Assembly (NCBI RefSeq): GCF_021869535.1
Contig: NW_026262712.1
Span: 28,520,001 to 28,584,000 of the forward strand
Origin: Mytilus californianus
Lineage: Eukaryota
Direction of reading: 5' to 3'
DNA: 64,000 bases
The notes under the pieces are model-generated. The model searched no databases. It saw nothing but the letters and a program-made list of their open reading frames with translations, and was not told where the DNA came from. This document shows, piece after piece, positions 63,089-64,000 of this stretch; the stretch's first letter is position 1; each line of letters starts with the position of its first letter. Both the position numbers and the translations under genes were made by a program.

Positions 63089-63357
63089 GATATGGCGGAA
63101 TCTATCCACTGTTACATATACACCATACAGTGACCAATGGTGGCTAACTTCCGTTACATTCGGTCTTTTCTGGATAGTTGTCTCATTGGCAATCATACCG
63201 TGGCCACACCTCCTTATTTGTATATTGATCAACATGGGGAAAAAACTGAAAATGAATATTGAGTCGTTTGTAATATTTATTATGACTTAATATACGCATG
63301 ATGATTTTTAATATATTTAGAAATTTACAACATTACATTTTTACGTTACACTTGTAG

Positions 63358-63476
63358 GAATTGTCGTACGATGTCCAACTTTGCAACGAAGTTTTAATGT
63401 ACTTTATGGACAGGAAATCTGATGGTGCAGATTCAAACATAAATGAAGTCTACAAAAACCTATTTGTAGGAAATGA
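63358..63476 (+). CDS. Exon of an atypical dual-specificity phosphatase (DUSP3/DUSP13/DUSP29-like)
   Basis: Acceptor cacttgtag at 63356-63357, donor GTAAGT at 63477. Translation ELSYDVQLCNEVLMYFMDRKSDGADSNINEVYKNLFVGN(E). Possible starts at 63397 and 63406. Confidence 0.8.
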
Positions 63477-63936
63477 GTAAGTAAAAATATTGTCCTTTGT
63501 TTTTTTTCATTATACTTCTTTTTTTTTTTTTTTTTTTTTTCCTTTTTTTTTTTTTAGGTTAACACACATTGTTCAACTATAGGTAACTGGCCATATGTCA
63601 AGCTCTAAACTCTCCGAGTTTAGTACATAAGTTGTGAGTGAATTGAACAGATTCATAGAATACTATCATGCTTTTACAATTTTACACTGCAAAATACGTG
63701 CAGAGATTATTTACTTCATGTATGGTTCAGATCATGGCAGTCCTGAAATCATTGATTACTGAAAATGCGCCACCACATCTACAAATTCATACATGTAGCT
63801 AGAAACTGAAGCAAGTGGTAACAATTTCAGTGACACGTTTTCGGAGGATACCAAACAGGCGTTGTTTAAGTGAATAGAACAGCTAAAACAAAATGCAATC
63901 ATATTACAATGATTTACTCCATATTCCTTTTTTCAG

Positions 63937-64000
63937 GGTTATTGCACGGGATGCAGCAAAGCTGAAGGAACTTGGAATAAATCTTGTTATAAATCTGTCC
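63937..64000 (+). CDS. Next exon of the atypical DUSP (continues beyond the window)
   Basis: Acceptor ttttttcag at 63935-63936. The phase-2 join gives INEVYKNLFVGNE-VIARDAAKLKELGINLVINLS, the typical start of the DSPc domain. Confidence 0.85.

Overview
AT-rich eukaryotic genomic DNA with spliceosomal introns. The repeat families and gene types suggest a bivalve mollusc, probably a mussel (inference, not a database result). Protein-coding content: (1) the last two exons of a CUB-domain gene at the left edge; (2) a cluster of RING-less TRIM-like genes (B-box1, B-box2, coiled coil, NHL-like beta-propeller), each with a single coding exon: two intact copies (5213-6877 minus, 46982-48676 plus), one frameshifted copy (22816-24476 minus) and one B-box1-only partial duplicate (43561-43737 plus); (3) two exons of an atypical dual-specificity phosphatase running off the right edge. 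The rest is dense, nested mobile DNA: Penelope-like (Naiad-type) retroelement fragments, LINE and SINE remnants, Helitron/Helentron-like non-autonomous elements with internal tandem arrays, MITEs with 2, 5, 6 and 9 bp target-site duplications (TSDs), and Academ-like and Ginger-like transposase relics. Best leads: a 3315-bp element with about 385-bp terminal inverted repeats (TIRs), CACTGTG...CACAGTG ends matching the RAG heptamer and a 5-bp TSD (Transib/RAG-like hallmarks) just upstream of the phosphatase; an intact extra B-box exon that can splice in frame onto the third TRIM-like gene; and mosaic, loop-focused diversification of the TRIM-like paralogues. No tools were used. Coordinates of degenerate repeats are approximate and family names for relics are tentative.
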